From Candidatus Poribacteria bacterium (GTDB lineage: Bacteria > Poribacteria > WGA-4E > WGA-3G): DNA of 64,000 nucleotides. The stretch's first letter is position 1; the number at the start of each line of letters is the position of its first letter. The notes under the pieces were generated by a model, which was not told the origin of the DNA, did not search any database, and saw nothing but the letters and a program-made list of their open reading frames with translations. The stretch spans positions 5,785 through 69,784 of the forward strand of contig JAPPFM010000016.1 in the NCBI GenBank assembly GCA_028821605.1, written 5' to 3'. The position numbers and the translations under genes were made by a program. This document shows positions 1 through 9,097 of the stretch, piece after piece.

Positions 1-591
1 GTCAAGGTATTTCCACGCGACGCGCCCATCCTGATCAATAATATAGGTTGCGGGACGTGCTACCTCAATTTCACTTGGATCAACGACATTATAGTCAGCG
101 ATCGTCTTCGTGTCTTCATCTGCCAGCAAGAGATAGGTGATTTGAAGTTTCTCTTGTACTGAACTAACAATAGCCAGGGGATCGGCACTGATGGCAATCA
201 GTTCGGCACCTTCGGCTTGAATGTCTCCATAACCGTCTTGCAACTCACCGAGTTGCGTTTGACAGGTGCCTCACGTGCCAGTGCGATAGAAGACAATAAC
301 CAACTTCTGTCCTCGGTATTCCGACAGACTACGGGATTGCCCATCGCTATCTGGAAGCGTGAATTCAGGGGCGAGTGCCCCGATATCCAATCCCTCGCCT
401 GGAGGGAGTTGTTCAGCTGCGTCTTCCGGTGCTGTTATAATGTTTGTTGTTCGCTCTGCGTTGTCACAAGCGAGACATAAGAAAACGACAGCCGCCAATA
501 GAACTGAAAAGCATATTGAACTGGTACTACGTAAAAACGGTGCGTCCCGTCCTAAGTTTATGAGATAATTGTTTGTCAATTTGACTGGCAT
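1..591 (-). CDS. Peroxiredoxin-like (AhpC/TSA/BCP family) thiol peroxidase, truncated by the window start. Candidate selenoprotein: the in-frame UGA (complement of 271-273) gives an FYRTGT-U-GTCQTQL active site, a UxxC motif.
   Basis: The minus-strand translation continues in frame from 591 through the UGA down to position 1. It reads ..LAPEFTLPDSDGQSRSLSEYRGQKLVIVFYRTGT[UGA]GTCQTQLGELQDGYGDIQAEGAELIAISADPLAIVSS..TYIIDQDGRVAWKYLD. That matches the Prx/BCP pattern FYPxDFTxVCxTE..GiS.D, with Sec three residues before the conserved Cys. An N-terminal hydrophobic anchor is present. Confidence 0.65.
240..256 (-). promoter_or_regulatory. Candidate bacterial SECIS hairpin (mRNA GCAACUC-GGU-GAGUUGC), 14 nt 3' of the UGA
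   Basis: Perfect 7-bp inverted repeat with a GGU loop directly downstream of the in-frame UGA. It has the same architecture as the three hairpins at 30234, 31902 and 40458. Confidence 0.45.
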
Positions 592-736
592 GTTTCAGGG
601 CTCCCTTCATCGACTTGCGAGTGCATCCAGTGTCGGACATCGGCACGCATTTTTTCATGCCTTGGGCGCATCTCCGCACTGAAAGTCAAATTTCAGATAG
701 ATAGACAACGATATTCGGTTTCTTCAATGCCATTGG

Positions 737-1615
737 TTAATAATCCTTAGCAGATGGAAACTGCTTCGGTTTCTGAGGATTTTCGATTTTCATCTCGACG
801 GTTTCCGGTGGAAATTGTGTGCAGACCGAACCCTCCTTCATCACCCATCTGAAATTGTGCCAGAAGCGTTTGCTTGTCTTGACAATTTCTGGGTTTGTAT
901 AGACCCCTGCGACAGCAATACGGCTCTTCTCACTCTTGTTTGGTGGACTGTAGTGCCACATACTGCTGTGCCAGATGACGACATCTCCGGTATCCAATTC
1001 AATATGATGCACGCCGTGCTTTTCAATCATCTCCTGAACGGCTTCGCGTGGTAGTTCTCCGTGTATGCTATCGGGATACAAGACGTGTTCAACGATCTCT
1101 GTTTTGTGGCTACCGGGGATAAACTGCATGCATCCATTTTCTTGGGTTGCGGGTTCAAGCGGTATCCAGAAGTTGAAAGGCTCCGTTTCGCCATCGCGCC
1201 AAAGTCCATTGTCTTGGTGCCACGGGGTCGCGCTACCCGTAAGCGACGGTTTGAGGAAGCAACTATTGAACTTCATAATGATGTCGTTGCCGAGGAAATA
1301 GCGAGCAATGTTAAGCACTGCTGGTGCAGCATGCACGTTGTGCCATATCAGCGGCGATTGGACGCAGAAGTTACTGAGTTTACGATAGCGTGCGATACGT
1401 CCTTGTGGTGAGTCCTCCATCGGATCCATCGGATCGCTATCGACGAAATCCCCTGGATCGGGTAGCATGATGTGGTTGCGGATTACGCCGCGGAGTTGTG
1501 CTGCCACATCCTTTGAGATAAGATTCGGGAGGATAAAGTAGCCTTCGTTTTCGTATTGCGTTTTTTGGACAAGTGACGGTTGCCATCGCCTCATTGTAAT
1601 GTTACCTCTTTGCAA
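737..1615 (-). CDS. Phytanoyl-CoA dioxygenase (PhyH) family Fe(II)/2-oxoglutarate oxygenase
   Basis: PhyH-like sequence with HxD..H motifs (..WHQDNGLW.., ..IPGSHK.., WHSSMWHYSPPN). Confidence 0.6.
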   Translation of the reverse strand: MQRGNITMRRWQPSLVQKTQYENEGYFILPNLISKDVAAQLRGVIRNHIMLPDPGDFVDSDPMDPMEDSPQGRIARYRKLSNFCVQSPLIWHNVHAAPAVLNIARYFLGNDIIMKFNSCFLKPSLTGSATPWHQDNGLWRDGETEPFNFWIPLEPATQENGCMQFIPGSHKTEIVEHVLYPDSIHGELPREAVQEMIEKHGVHHIELDTGDVVIWHSSMWHYSPPNKSEKSRIAVAGVYTNPEIVKTSKRFWHNFRWVMKEGSVCTQFPPETVEMKIENPQKPKQFPSAKDY

Positions 1616-1702
1616 AGTGGAAGGAATATGTCGCGTAGGGTAGTGGGACAGAAACCTATAGAGAATGTGTCTTAAATTTTAGCACATTGCGTTAGTTGTA
1701 GA

Positions 1703-2347
1703 TTACACAAAGATGTCTTGAACCTGGCATTGGAAACCTTCAACAACATCAACGCCATCAAGTGTATCGGTCCCTCGTAAAATGGCGAAATCCACATTGG
1801 GCCGATAGATTTCTACCGTTTCCCTACGTGGATTAACAACCCATACCATTCTACAACCGGCGGTTAACCATTCTTCCACCTTTTCGGCAACCTCGGCATA
1901 AGTATCACCGGGGGAAATGACTTCAACAACCAAATCGGGAGCCCCCTCCCAATAGCCTCTGACAATACCTTGTCGTTCAACTGATGCTCGACAAACGAAG
2001 GCAGCATCTGGCACGCGTACGGTATCTGGGTTTTGGGCAATCCTAAAACCTGTTTCGGCACCACAAACATATCCTAATTTATGCGTTTTGACGTGGACGT
2101 TAAGTCTGCTTCCGATTTCAGCAGCGCAGATGCCGTGCTCAAATCCAGCAGGCGGCATTTTCTGGAGTACTCCTTTCACGAGTTCATAGCGCGTGCCATT
2201 CTCAGGCTGTTTAGCCAAATCGTCAGCCGTTAACAGGTTCTGCTGCGCAGCTGGCACTATAGGTCTTGGTTGATTCGTTTCGATGTCTGCCACGGTGTCC
2301 ACCTGAATAAAATGTTTAAGAATCTGCGACTTCTTATATGATAGCAC
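1703..2347 (-). CDS. Uma2 family (DUF820) putative endonuclease
   Basis: Typical Uma2 layout: ..RYELVKGVL..MPPAGFEHG.., ..PDAAFV.., PDLVVEVISPGDT.... Confidence 0.75.
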   Translation of the reverse strand: MLSYKKSQILKHFIQVDTVADIETNQPRPIVPAAQQNLLTADDLAKQPENGTRYELVKGVLQKMPPAGFEHGICAAEIGSRLNVHVKTHKLGYVCGAETGFRIAQNPDTVRVPDAAFVCRASVERQGIVRGYWEGAPDLVVEVISPGDTYAEVAEKVEEWLTAGCRMVWVVNPRRETVEIYRPNVDFAILRGTDTLDGVDVVEGFQCQVQDIFV

Positions 2348-2371
2348 CTGCGAGCGTATGTGTCAAGTTGC

Positions 2372-3115
2372 TCAGCGACTCTTGAGTTGGCTCCATGTCG
2401 TTGTGAGCAACTCGTTCGGGGAAACGGGCAAGACAGCCTCTACACCTTTCATCAACGCCGCGATCTCTGCCTCTGTGATGCCACGGTCAAAGAAGACAAT
2501 CTCGTCCAATCTACCGATGAACTTCTCACCGCCAAAGGTACCGAACAGTAGTTCGCCTGCCTGATCTACATCACCGCCCTGTTTAACGGCAGCCTCAAGT
2601 GTGCCGTCCACATAGAGTTTCATCTCACTGCCATCGTAGAGTCCAACGATGTGATACCACTTTTCAGGCTCAACGACGGTTTTTCCCCAGACACCGCCGG
2701 TAAACCCACCGCCTGACCAGATACCGAAGACATAACCCCCCGGCACCCTTTCAGTTGCGGATTGAACTTCCAATAGATAAGAACCGTTCCGTCGAATAGC
2801 GGTATCGGAAACGCCTTTATTCATGTAGACCCAAGTTGCGATGGTCATCTGGTCTTTGAAATTGAGACTATCAGAAGGTTCAACCCTCACAACATGGGGC
2901 GGTTCAAATTCCAACGCGCCGCCGAACTTACCCTCTGCCCATTTCGCGCCGCTAACCTCGCCATCGTTTCCGTTGCCCGACGTATCCACTGCGACACCAC
3001 CTTTACCCTCATCAAAAAGCCAGATACCCGCTGCGTCATCCAACAACTCCGCTGAAAGAGAGTTTATTACTACACACAATCCACCGATGATAACAAACCA
3101 AAATATCTGTTTCAT
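2372..3115 (-). CDS. Secreted LamG/concanavalin-like domain protein with C-terminal ..LLTTTWSQLKSR tail
   Basis: N-terminal signal peptide. LamG_3-like core (DTSGNGNDGEVSGAKWAEGKFGGALEF..LYVDG..). Shares the conserved C-terminal tail motif. Confidence 0.6.
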   Translation of the reverse strand: MKQIFWFVIIGGLCVVINSLSAELLDDAAGIWLFDEGKGGVAVDTSGNGNDGEVSGAKWAEGKFGGALEFEPPHVVRVEPSDSLNFKDQMTIATWVYMNKGVSDTAIRRNGSYLLEVQSATERVPGGYVFGIWSGGGFTGGVWGKTVVEPEKWYHIVGLYDGSEMKLYVDGTLEAAVKQGGDVDQAGELLFGTFGGEKFIGRLDEIVFFDRGITEAEIAALMKGVEAVLPVSPNELLTTTWSQLKSR

Positions 3116-3327
3116 GTTTTCTTCCCCCTTGATAAGATACGAGTTTAGCAGAAAGGGGAAAATGTGTCAAGGAACTGGATGGGCCTCATCTGCTCCATTT
3201 TTTGTAGAGGATTTGTGTTAGAAGGTTTGTGATAGGAAAGTTGTTGGAAAGTCAGGGGTGTTCTGATAAAATACCTCCTTACAATGTTTTGACTTACCGA
3301 GCAAGGTTTAGCGGATTTTTCCTTTAT

Positions 3328-3762
3328 CTATTTCGTGCGTATGAGAATTAATATCACAATAACAACGCAAAGGATCAGGACCCAGAACATAGGCACAGAG
3401 CCTTGGAAAAAGTCCATGATCGTGTTCTTTTTCGTCATCTTGAGCGGGACGTAGTGATCTCCGCCATTAACGATTGTAACAGGTTTGCCAAGCCGATCGC
3501 CGTATCCGTCTTTGTAAATACTGATGAGATAGCGACCTGCAGGGATACCTGATTTCTCGTAATCACCATTCGCATCTGTTTTTGTTGTAAATTCCGTACC
3601 GTCTTGGGCAACAATTACGACTTCAACGCCCTCAATCGGGTTCTGTCTTTCAGTTGTATCGACAATCTGTCCGCGGACGGTGCCTCCATCTTGTGCACAG
3701 GCAATCCCAACAGATATAATCGTATAGGCGACGACCATTAGTGCTAAACGTAGACGAGTCAT
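3328..3762 (-). CDS. Carboxypeptidase-regulatory-like (CarbopepD_reg) domain protein with C-terminal TM helix
   Basis: Signal peptide, the motif VRGQIVDTTERQNPIEGVEVV...DANGDYEKSGIPAGRY, and a hydrophobic C-terminus. Confidence 0.5.
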   Translation of the reverse strand: MTRLRLALMVVAYTIISVGIACAQDGGTVRGQIVDTTERQNPIEGVEVVIVAQDGTEFTTKTDANGDYEKSGIPAGRYLISIYKDGYGDRLGKPVTIVNGGDHYVPLKMTKKNTIMDFFQGSVPMFWVLILCVVIVILILIRTK

Positions 3763-3799
3763 TATTATATTTCTCCTTGGGTTGGAAAGTTAGGAGGTG

Positions 3800-4648
3800 C
3801 TATTTCCGAGCAGCCGCCAACAGACGCTGAAGTGTTCCTCCTAAAATCTCTGCCTTGTCTGTTTCTGGAATAAATGTACAGTGCGTTCGGAACGCTTCAA
3901 GTGCGTGTTGATATGTCATAAAGTTACGAACAACCGGATAGTCGGACCCCCAGCAGAGACGACCGGGACCGAAATGTTCGTAGAGAGCGCGTACAATCCA
4001 GTGTGTGTCCGATTGCGGATAATCCCACGAGACCTGTGACACATAAGCAAATCCCGACATCTTGATGTGAATATTCGGTAGATCTGCCGAGGCAAGCACC
4101 TGCTTTAGTTGCGGGTAGGGGTGTTCTTCACCGGCTCGCGCGCCACCCATGTGATGACACAGAAATGGTACCGAAGGGAACTGTGCGGCGAGTTTTCGGA
4201 GTGGCTCGTGCTGGTGACTTCCCATGGCAATGCTGGTGATGAGTCCCAATTCGGCGGTTGTTTGAAAGAAGCGTTGTCCGTCGTCCGAAAAGAACCAGCT
4301 GCCGTCGTCATCGCCTTTGAGATAGTGCGTGTAACCTTTGAGGTTGTATGTCTCTGCGGCCTCTTTTAGACGGTCGGCTGCGCCCGGTGTGTGATATGTT
4401 TCTGTCCATGAGCAATCTACATCGGCGAATTGAATCAGTCGTTCAGGGTAACGCTTTACACACGCTGCGACGTAATCGTTGTTTTCTGGATTTCTGTCAA
4501 TGCGTGCACAGATAAGTACTGCTTGGTCAACGTTGTGCAGATCCATTTCGTGGAGGAGTTGTTCGACTTTGCCACGACTCTCATCATCGGGGACAGGGGG
4601 TTGATAGGGCCACCGGGGCCAGGCGTGTGTGTGGGAATCAATTATCAT
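3800..4648 (-). CDS. Amidohydrolase-2 family metal-dependent hydrolase
   Basis: MIIDSHTHAWPRW.. at the N-terminus and HxH..D metal-ligand pattern of PF04909-like TIM-barrel hydrolases. Confidence 0.7.
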   Translation of the reverse strand: MIIDSHTHAWPRWPYQPPVPDDESRGKVEQLLHEMDLHNVDQAVLICARIDRNPENNDYVAACVKRYPERLIQFADVDCSWTETYHTPGAADRLKEAAETYNLKGYTHYLKGDDDGSWFFSDDGQRFFQTTAELGLITSIAMGSHQHEPLRKLAAQFPSVPFLCHHMGGARAGEEHPYPQLKQVLASADLPNIHIKMSGFAYVSQVSWDYPQSDTHWIVRALYEHFGPGRLCWGSDYPVVRNFMTYQHALEAFRTHCTFIPETDKAEILGGTLQRLLAAARK

Positions 4649-4698
4649 TTTTTTCTCCTGAGAGAGTTTCTTCTTTGCTGGTGAGGTTTCTAACCCGC

Positions 4699-6228
4699 TT
4701 AATTTAGTCCCAGCATCAAGGCACCTAATTCTTGTTTGTTCGTTTCTTCGGGTTTCACGATACCGACGATTTTTCCATTATACATCACTGCGATCCTGTC
4801 GCTGAGGTGGAGCAATTCGTCCAGTTCGGAAGAAACCAGTAAAACAGCTTTTGCGCGATTCCGTGCTTGAATAAGCTGTGTGTGGACGAACTCTGCTGCG
4901 TGAATGTCTAATCCTCGCGTCGGGTGTGCTGCGATAATCACTTCGGGGTTCGCCTCTAATTCACGAGCGACAACGACTTTCTGTTGATTTCCTCCGGAGA
5001 GTGTCCGTATCGGGTGTGTGATGTCTCCAACGTGGATCTGATATTTATCAAGTGCGTTTAGTGCAGAGCGCTGAATCGATTTGCGTTGAAGTATGCCGTG
5101 GCGACAGAAACGTCTGTTTTTATGATGTCCAATGATGAAATTGTCATCAATTCGGTCATTCAGGCTAATTCCGTGTCGGTGTCTATCGGCGGGGACATGC
5201 GCAATCCGTTCGCTGTTTGACGTAAGCGTTCCGCTGTCAATGTGTCGTAGACCTGTCAGAACTTGAATCAGTTCCGTTTGTCCGTTCCCTTCCACGCCTG
5301 CGATGCCGACAATTTCACCGGGGAAAATTTCAAGGTTAATTTCGTCAAGGTGCCGTTTGCTGGACGCTTTATTTGTTATTGCGTTTTTCCATTTATGCCG
5401 CTTTGTGGTATCTGAATTACCAGAGAGTGTGACGTTTTCTAAGCGGATAAGCGGCGTTGTATTCTCCGTCTGCTCCCGCGTCACGGAGGATGGAATGATA
5501 GGCTCGCCAAGAATCATTTCCGCCAACGTTGTAGGATCGGTGTCGGAAATAGGAGAGGAGGCGACGGTTTGTCCGCGTCGCATCACCGTGACAGTGTCGG
5601 CTATTGCCATGACTTCATCAAGTTTGTGCGTGATGATGATGAGACTCTTTCCTTCACTTCTGAGATTCTGCATACAGTTAAAAAGCCCTTCAACCTCTTG
5701 TGGTGCAAGAACTGCTGTCGGTTCATCCATAATGAGAATGTCCGCGCCGTGATAAAGAACCTTCAGGATTTCAGTGTGTTGCTGTGCCCCAATCGGCAGG
5801 GATTCAACAGGAACGTTCAGCCGGACATCGAAACCGAGCTGCGCCGCAAGTGCCGTAATCCTTTCTTCTGCCTGTTGGTAGTCAAGCAGTGCGCTGAATT
5901 TGCGGGGTTCTTTAGCAAGGATGATGTTTTGAAGAGCCGTGAAAACAGGGATAAGCGTGAAGTGTTGCTGCACCATTCCTAAACCAAGATGCATCGCACG
6001 CCGCGGAGAAGAAATATTCACTCGATTGTCATTGACGAAGATCTCGCCTGCATCGGGTTGATACAGCCCGTAGAGAATCTTCATCAATGTAGATTTACCG
6101 GCCCCATTTTCACCGACGATGGCGTGGATCTCACCGCGTTGAAGTGTGAAATCCACAGCATCGTTTGCTTGTACGTGTCCAAACCGCTTGCTGATACCGC
6201 GCATCTCAATAATTGATGCGTGTGTCAT
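4699..6228 (-). CDS. ABC transporter ATP-binding protein with duplicated NBDs (nucleoside/sugar type)
   Basis: Two Walker A motifs (GENGAGKST; GVEGNGQTEL), signature motifs (LSGGNQQKV) and Walker B. Adjacent to a BMP-family binding protein. Confidence 0.85.
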   Translation of the reverse strand: MTHASIIEMRGISKRFGHVQANDAVDFTLQRGEIHAIVGENGAGKSTLMKILYGLYQPDAGEIFVNDNRVNISSPRRAMHLGLGMVQQHFTLIPVFTALQNIILAKEPRKFSALLDYQQAEERITALAAQLGFDVRLNVPVESLPIGAQQHTEILKVLYHGADILIMDEPTAVLAPQEVEGLFNCMQNLRSEGKSLIIITHKLDEVMAIADTVTVMRRGQTVASSPISDTDPTTLAEMILGEPIIPSSVTREQTENTTPLIRLENVTLSGNSDTTKRHKWKNAITNKASSKRHLDEINLEIFPGEIVGIAGVEGNGQTELIQVLTGLRHIDSGTLTSNSERIAHVPADRHRHGISLNDRIDDNFIIGHHKNRRFCRHGILQRKSIQRSALNALDKYQIHVGDITHPIRTLSGGNQQKVVVARELEANPEVIIAAHPTRGLDIHAAEFVHTQLIQARNRAKAVLLVSSELDELLHLSDRIAVMYNGKIVGIVKPEETNKQELGALMLGLN

Positions 6229-6230
6229 TT

Positions 6231-7208
6231 CTACTGCCGTTCGTGCGGAACAACAATGTCGCCCGCGATAATTTTCGCTTTAAATACCTCGACCTGTTTC
6301 AAAATCCCGTCTGAGAGAAGCGCGCGGTTCACGTCATCAACGATGTACGTAACGCCCCCCTCTTTAAGCCCGTAATCTTTCAAGCCTCCGGAGAAATTCC
6401 CTTCTTGGACACTCTTTATTGTCTCATAGACAGATATCTCCACACCTTTGATGACACTCGTAAGCACTAAGCCCGGAGCGAGATGGTTACCGTTAGAATC
6501 AACCCAGATGATCGATTTTTTTCTAGTTTTTGCGGCTTCAAGTACGCCGAGTCCACTCGCGCCCGCGGCGGCAAGGATAATATCTATCCCGCGATTGTAT
6601 TGTGCAAGAGCGAGCTCCTTGGCTTTCGCTGGATCGTTGAAGGCTTGCGGTGTGACACCGACGTAATCCGCCACGAATTCAATCTCTGGATTCGTCGCTT
6701 TAATACCAGCACCGAAACCTATTTCAAACGCCTCAACCAGTGGTACCTTCATCCCTCCGATGAAACCGATCTGTTTTGTCTCTGTTTTCAACGCTGAGAT
6801 GACACCCGCAAGAAATGTCCCTTCATGCGCCCGGTAGGTGAGCGATGCCACATTGGGTTGTTCTATGATTGCATCGATAAGCGCGAACTTGACATCAGGA
6901 AAATCGCTTGCGACGCGCTTCATCGGCTCTTGGAAGAGAAAGCCGACACCGATAATAAGATCATATTTCAGTTTTGCCAGTCTACGAAGCGTCAGTTCGC
7001 TATCTGTACTGAGGCTTGGGGTAACCTCTGTGAGTTTAAATCCCCATTCATCCTTCGCTTTTTTCGCGCCCGCGTAGGCGGCATCACAAAATGAGAGATC
7101 GCCGCGCCCTGTTACATCATAGATAAGGCCAACTTTCAGTGCCGCAGAGGTTGGCTCTATCACAGCCAAACATGCGATGAAAAGTGTAATCAAAATTTTT
7201 ATACGCAA
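6231..7208 (-). CDS. BMP family (PnrA/Med-like) ABC transporter substrate-binding lipoprotein
   Basis: Signal peptide, and a BMP/basic membrane protein pattern: KVGLIYDVTGRGDLSFCDAAYAGAKKA.... Confidence 0.8.
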   Translation of the reverse strand: MRIKILITLFIACLAVIEPTSAALKVGLIYDVTGRGDLSFCDAAYAGAKKAKDEWGFKLTEVTPSLSTDSELTLRRLAKLKYDLIIGVGFLFQEPMKRVASDFPDVKFALIDAIIEQPNVASLTYRAHEGTFLAGVISALKTETKQIGFIGGMKVPLVEAFEIGFGAGIKATNPEIEFVADYVGVTPQAFNDPAKAKELALAQYNRGIDIILAAAGASGLGVLEAAKTRKKSIIWVDSNGNHLAPGLVLTSVIKGVEISVYETIKSVQEGNFSGGLKDYGLKEGGVTYIVDDVNRALLSDGILKQVEVFKAKIIAGDIVVPHERQ

Positions 7209-7557
7209 AATGTTTTCCTTTCAGTTCTGTTGTTTTTTGATAGATAGAGTGAAGTCTGTCTCAACACTCTTTAGGATACATCATAGTAGATTCAAATGCA
7301 AGATTTATTGTTGGAAAGTTGGAAGGTTGGAAGTGTTTTTGCTTGGGTGTTTTCCCTAAGAAAATGGCACACGCAGCGTTTCTATCAGTCTTCCTGTTTT
7401 ACAACCTTCCTGAAAACCTGAAATTTGTTTCTTAATATTGCCGTTGACTTTTTTGATTTTTAACGTTATTCTATTTACAGAATTCCCGCTGTTGTTGTAA
7501 TAGTGAGGAATGGCCTGGCGAATGTCTAAATTAGATTGACAAAAATGGAGGAGAACT

Positions 7558-8238
7558 ATGAGAGTAACTATCACAGTGCCGAAGTTAGCGGCGTTAAGTC
7601 TCGTTGTGCTTTTCGGTTTGGCACTTTCGCTACCGACGTATGCGGGTACCCAATTGTGGGACTTTGAAGAAAAGCACGATGACTGGAAAGTTGCCAACGG
7701 AAATTGGGAAATTGCAAAGGGAGTCTATCACGTTGACAAGGGTGGACAAGCGGAACACTCTCTCGTTGGTGAAGAGGACTGGGATGATTACACCATTGAG
7801 GCGAAGGTTCGATTGGATAATCACCATTGGGCGGGTATTGTTTTTCGCGCCGAAAGCGAGATGGAGTACTACGTCTACTATCTCAATGTCCCAAATAACA
7901 AAACGGAACTCTGGCGACACAAAGATGGTGCCTGGAATGCCCGCGACAATGTCGCGCAAATCCCAGCTGTTGAGAAGGTCCAAATAAAGAACGGCGAATG
8001 GATTGATATGAAGGTTGTCGTTGAGGGTAGTGAATTTCAGATTTATCTGAACGGTAAACTTCAGGGTGAACATAAAGATGATGTCTACAAAACCGGCCAA
8101 GTCGGTGTGTGGGCATGGGAAACCGAGGCGAGTTTTGATGATTTCACCGTTAGCGGTGATAATATTAAGGACACCCTTGCCGTTGACCCGAATCGCAAGT
8201 TAGCAACAACATGGGGTCGTCTCAAACGGGTTTACTAA
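7558..8238 (+). CDS. Secreted DUF1080 (3-keto-disaccharide hydrolase/LamG-like jelly roll) protein with C-terminal ..LATTWGRLKRVY tail
   Basis: Signal peptide. Motifs: WKVANGNWEI..G.Y..HSLVG..DWDDYTIEAKVRLD..WAGIVFRA. Paralogous to 8385..9053. Confidence 0.65.
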   Translation: MRVTITVPKLAALSLVVLFGLALSLPTYAGTQLWDFEEKHDDWKVANGNWEIAKGVYHVDKGGQAEHSLVGEEDWDDYTIEAKVRLDNHHWAGIVFRAESEMEYYVYYLNVPNNKTELWRHKDGAWNARDNVAQIPAVEKVQIKNGEWIDMKVVVEGSEFQIYLNGKLQGEHKDDVYKTGQVGVWAWETEASFDDFTVSGDNIKDTLAVDPNRKLATTWGRLKRVY

Positions 8239-8384
8239 TTTGGCATAAGGTTTAGCCTCAGAAGTTTTCTACGTGAAAACCACGTTGAAGACTTTTGAGG
8301 CAACTTTAATTTGCGTCTATAGTCACGCTTGAGTATTTTCAAAGCGTGACTCCAGACAAGATTAAATTAAAAAGGAGTGAAAAT

Positions 8385-9053
8385 GTGAAGTATTTGTTTT
8401 CAACTGTTGTGAGTTGTTGTTTTCTCGTACTTATGACCTCTTTCGCTTTCGCAGGCGAACAGACTTGGTCGTTTGAATCGGATGCAGACGATTGGAAAGT
8501 CGCTAACGGTGCTTGGAGTGTTGAGGACGGCATTTATAAACTCGCTAGGGGCGGTAGAGCCGAGCACTCTCTTGTTGGTGATGCTGAGTGGGACGATTAC
8601 ACCGTTGAGGCAAAGGTTCGACTTGATGAAGGGAACTGGGCAGGTGTTGTCTTTCGTGCTCAAAGCGAGATGGAATACTATGTCTACTATCTTAATGTTC
8701 CGAATAACAAAACGGAGCTTTGGCGACATAAAACGGGAGCGTGGGATGCGCGTGACAAGATTGGTGAACTCGCTGGAAAGAACATCACTGTTGCGAATGA
8801 CGAGTGGTTTGACATGCGAATCGTCGTGGAAGGCACTTCAATGAAACTCTGGATTAACGGTGAAGAACAGGGTGAACTTAAGGATGAAACGGGTGCTGGA
8901 TATCCTGCTGGGCAAGCCGGTGTCTGGGCATGGGAAACCGCCGCGAGTTTTGATGATGTCAAAGTCTCTGGAGATGCTATCATTAACCTTACCCCGGTGG
9001 AACCAATGGATAAATTGGCTACCACGTGGAGTCGCCTCAAACAGCACTTTTAA
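8385..9053 (+). CDS. Secreted DUF1080-like protein, paralog of 7558..8238, C-terminal ..LATTWSRLKQHF tail
   Basis: Likely GTG start at 8385 after AGGAG at 8373 (the ORF track starts at 8346). Signal peptide, same domain motifs as its neighbour. Confidence 0.6.
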   Translation: MKYLFSTVVSCCFLVLMTSFAFAGEQTWSFESDADDWKVANGAWSVEDGIYKLARGGRAEHSLVGDAEWDDYTVEAKVRLDEGNWAGVVFRAQSEMEYYVYYLNVPNNKTELWRHKTGAWDARDKIGELAGKNITVANDEWFDMRIVVEGTSMKLWINGEEQGELKDETGAGYPAGQAGVWAWETAASFDDVKVSGDAIINLTPVEPMDKLATTWSRLKQHF

Positions 9054-9097
9054 ATTGTTGGGGCGAGGTCACCACATCCCTACTCGGAGGGTAGCAA

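Noticed and set aside
4105-4369. Multiple 60-150 aa ORFs overlapping the amidohydrolase, ABC ATPase, polA, UbiD and TPR genes on other frames or strands.
   Set aside because: They are nested inside longer ORFs that have clear family signatures. Their products show no recognisable domain or typical composition.
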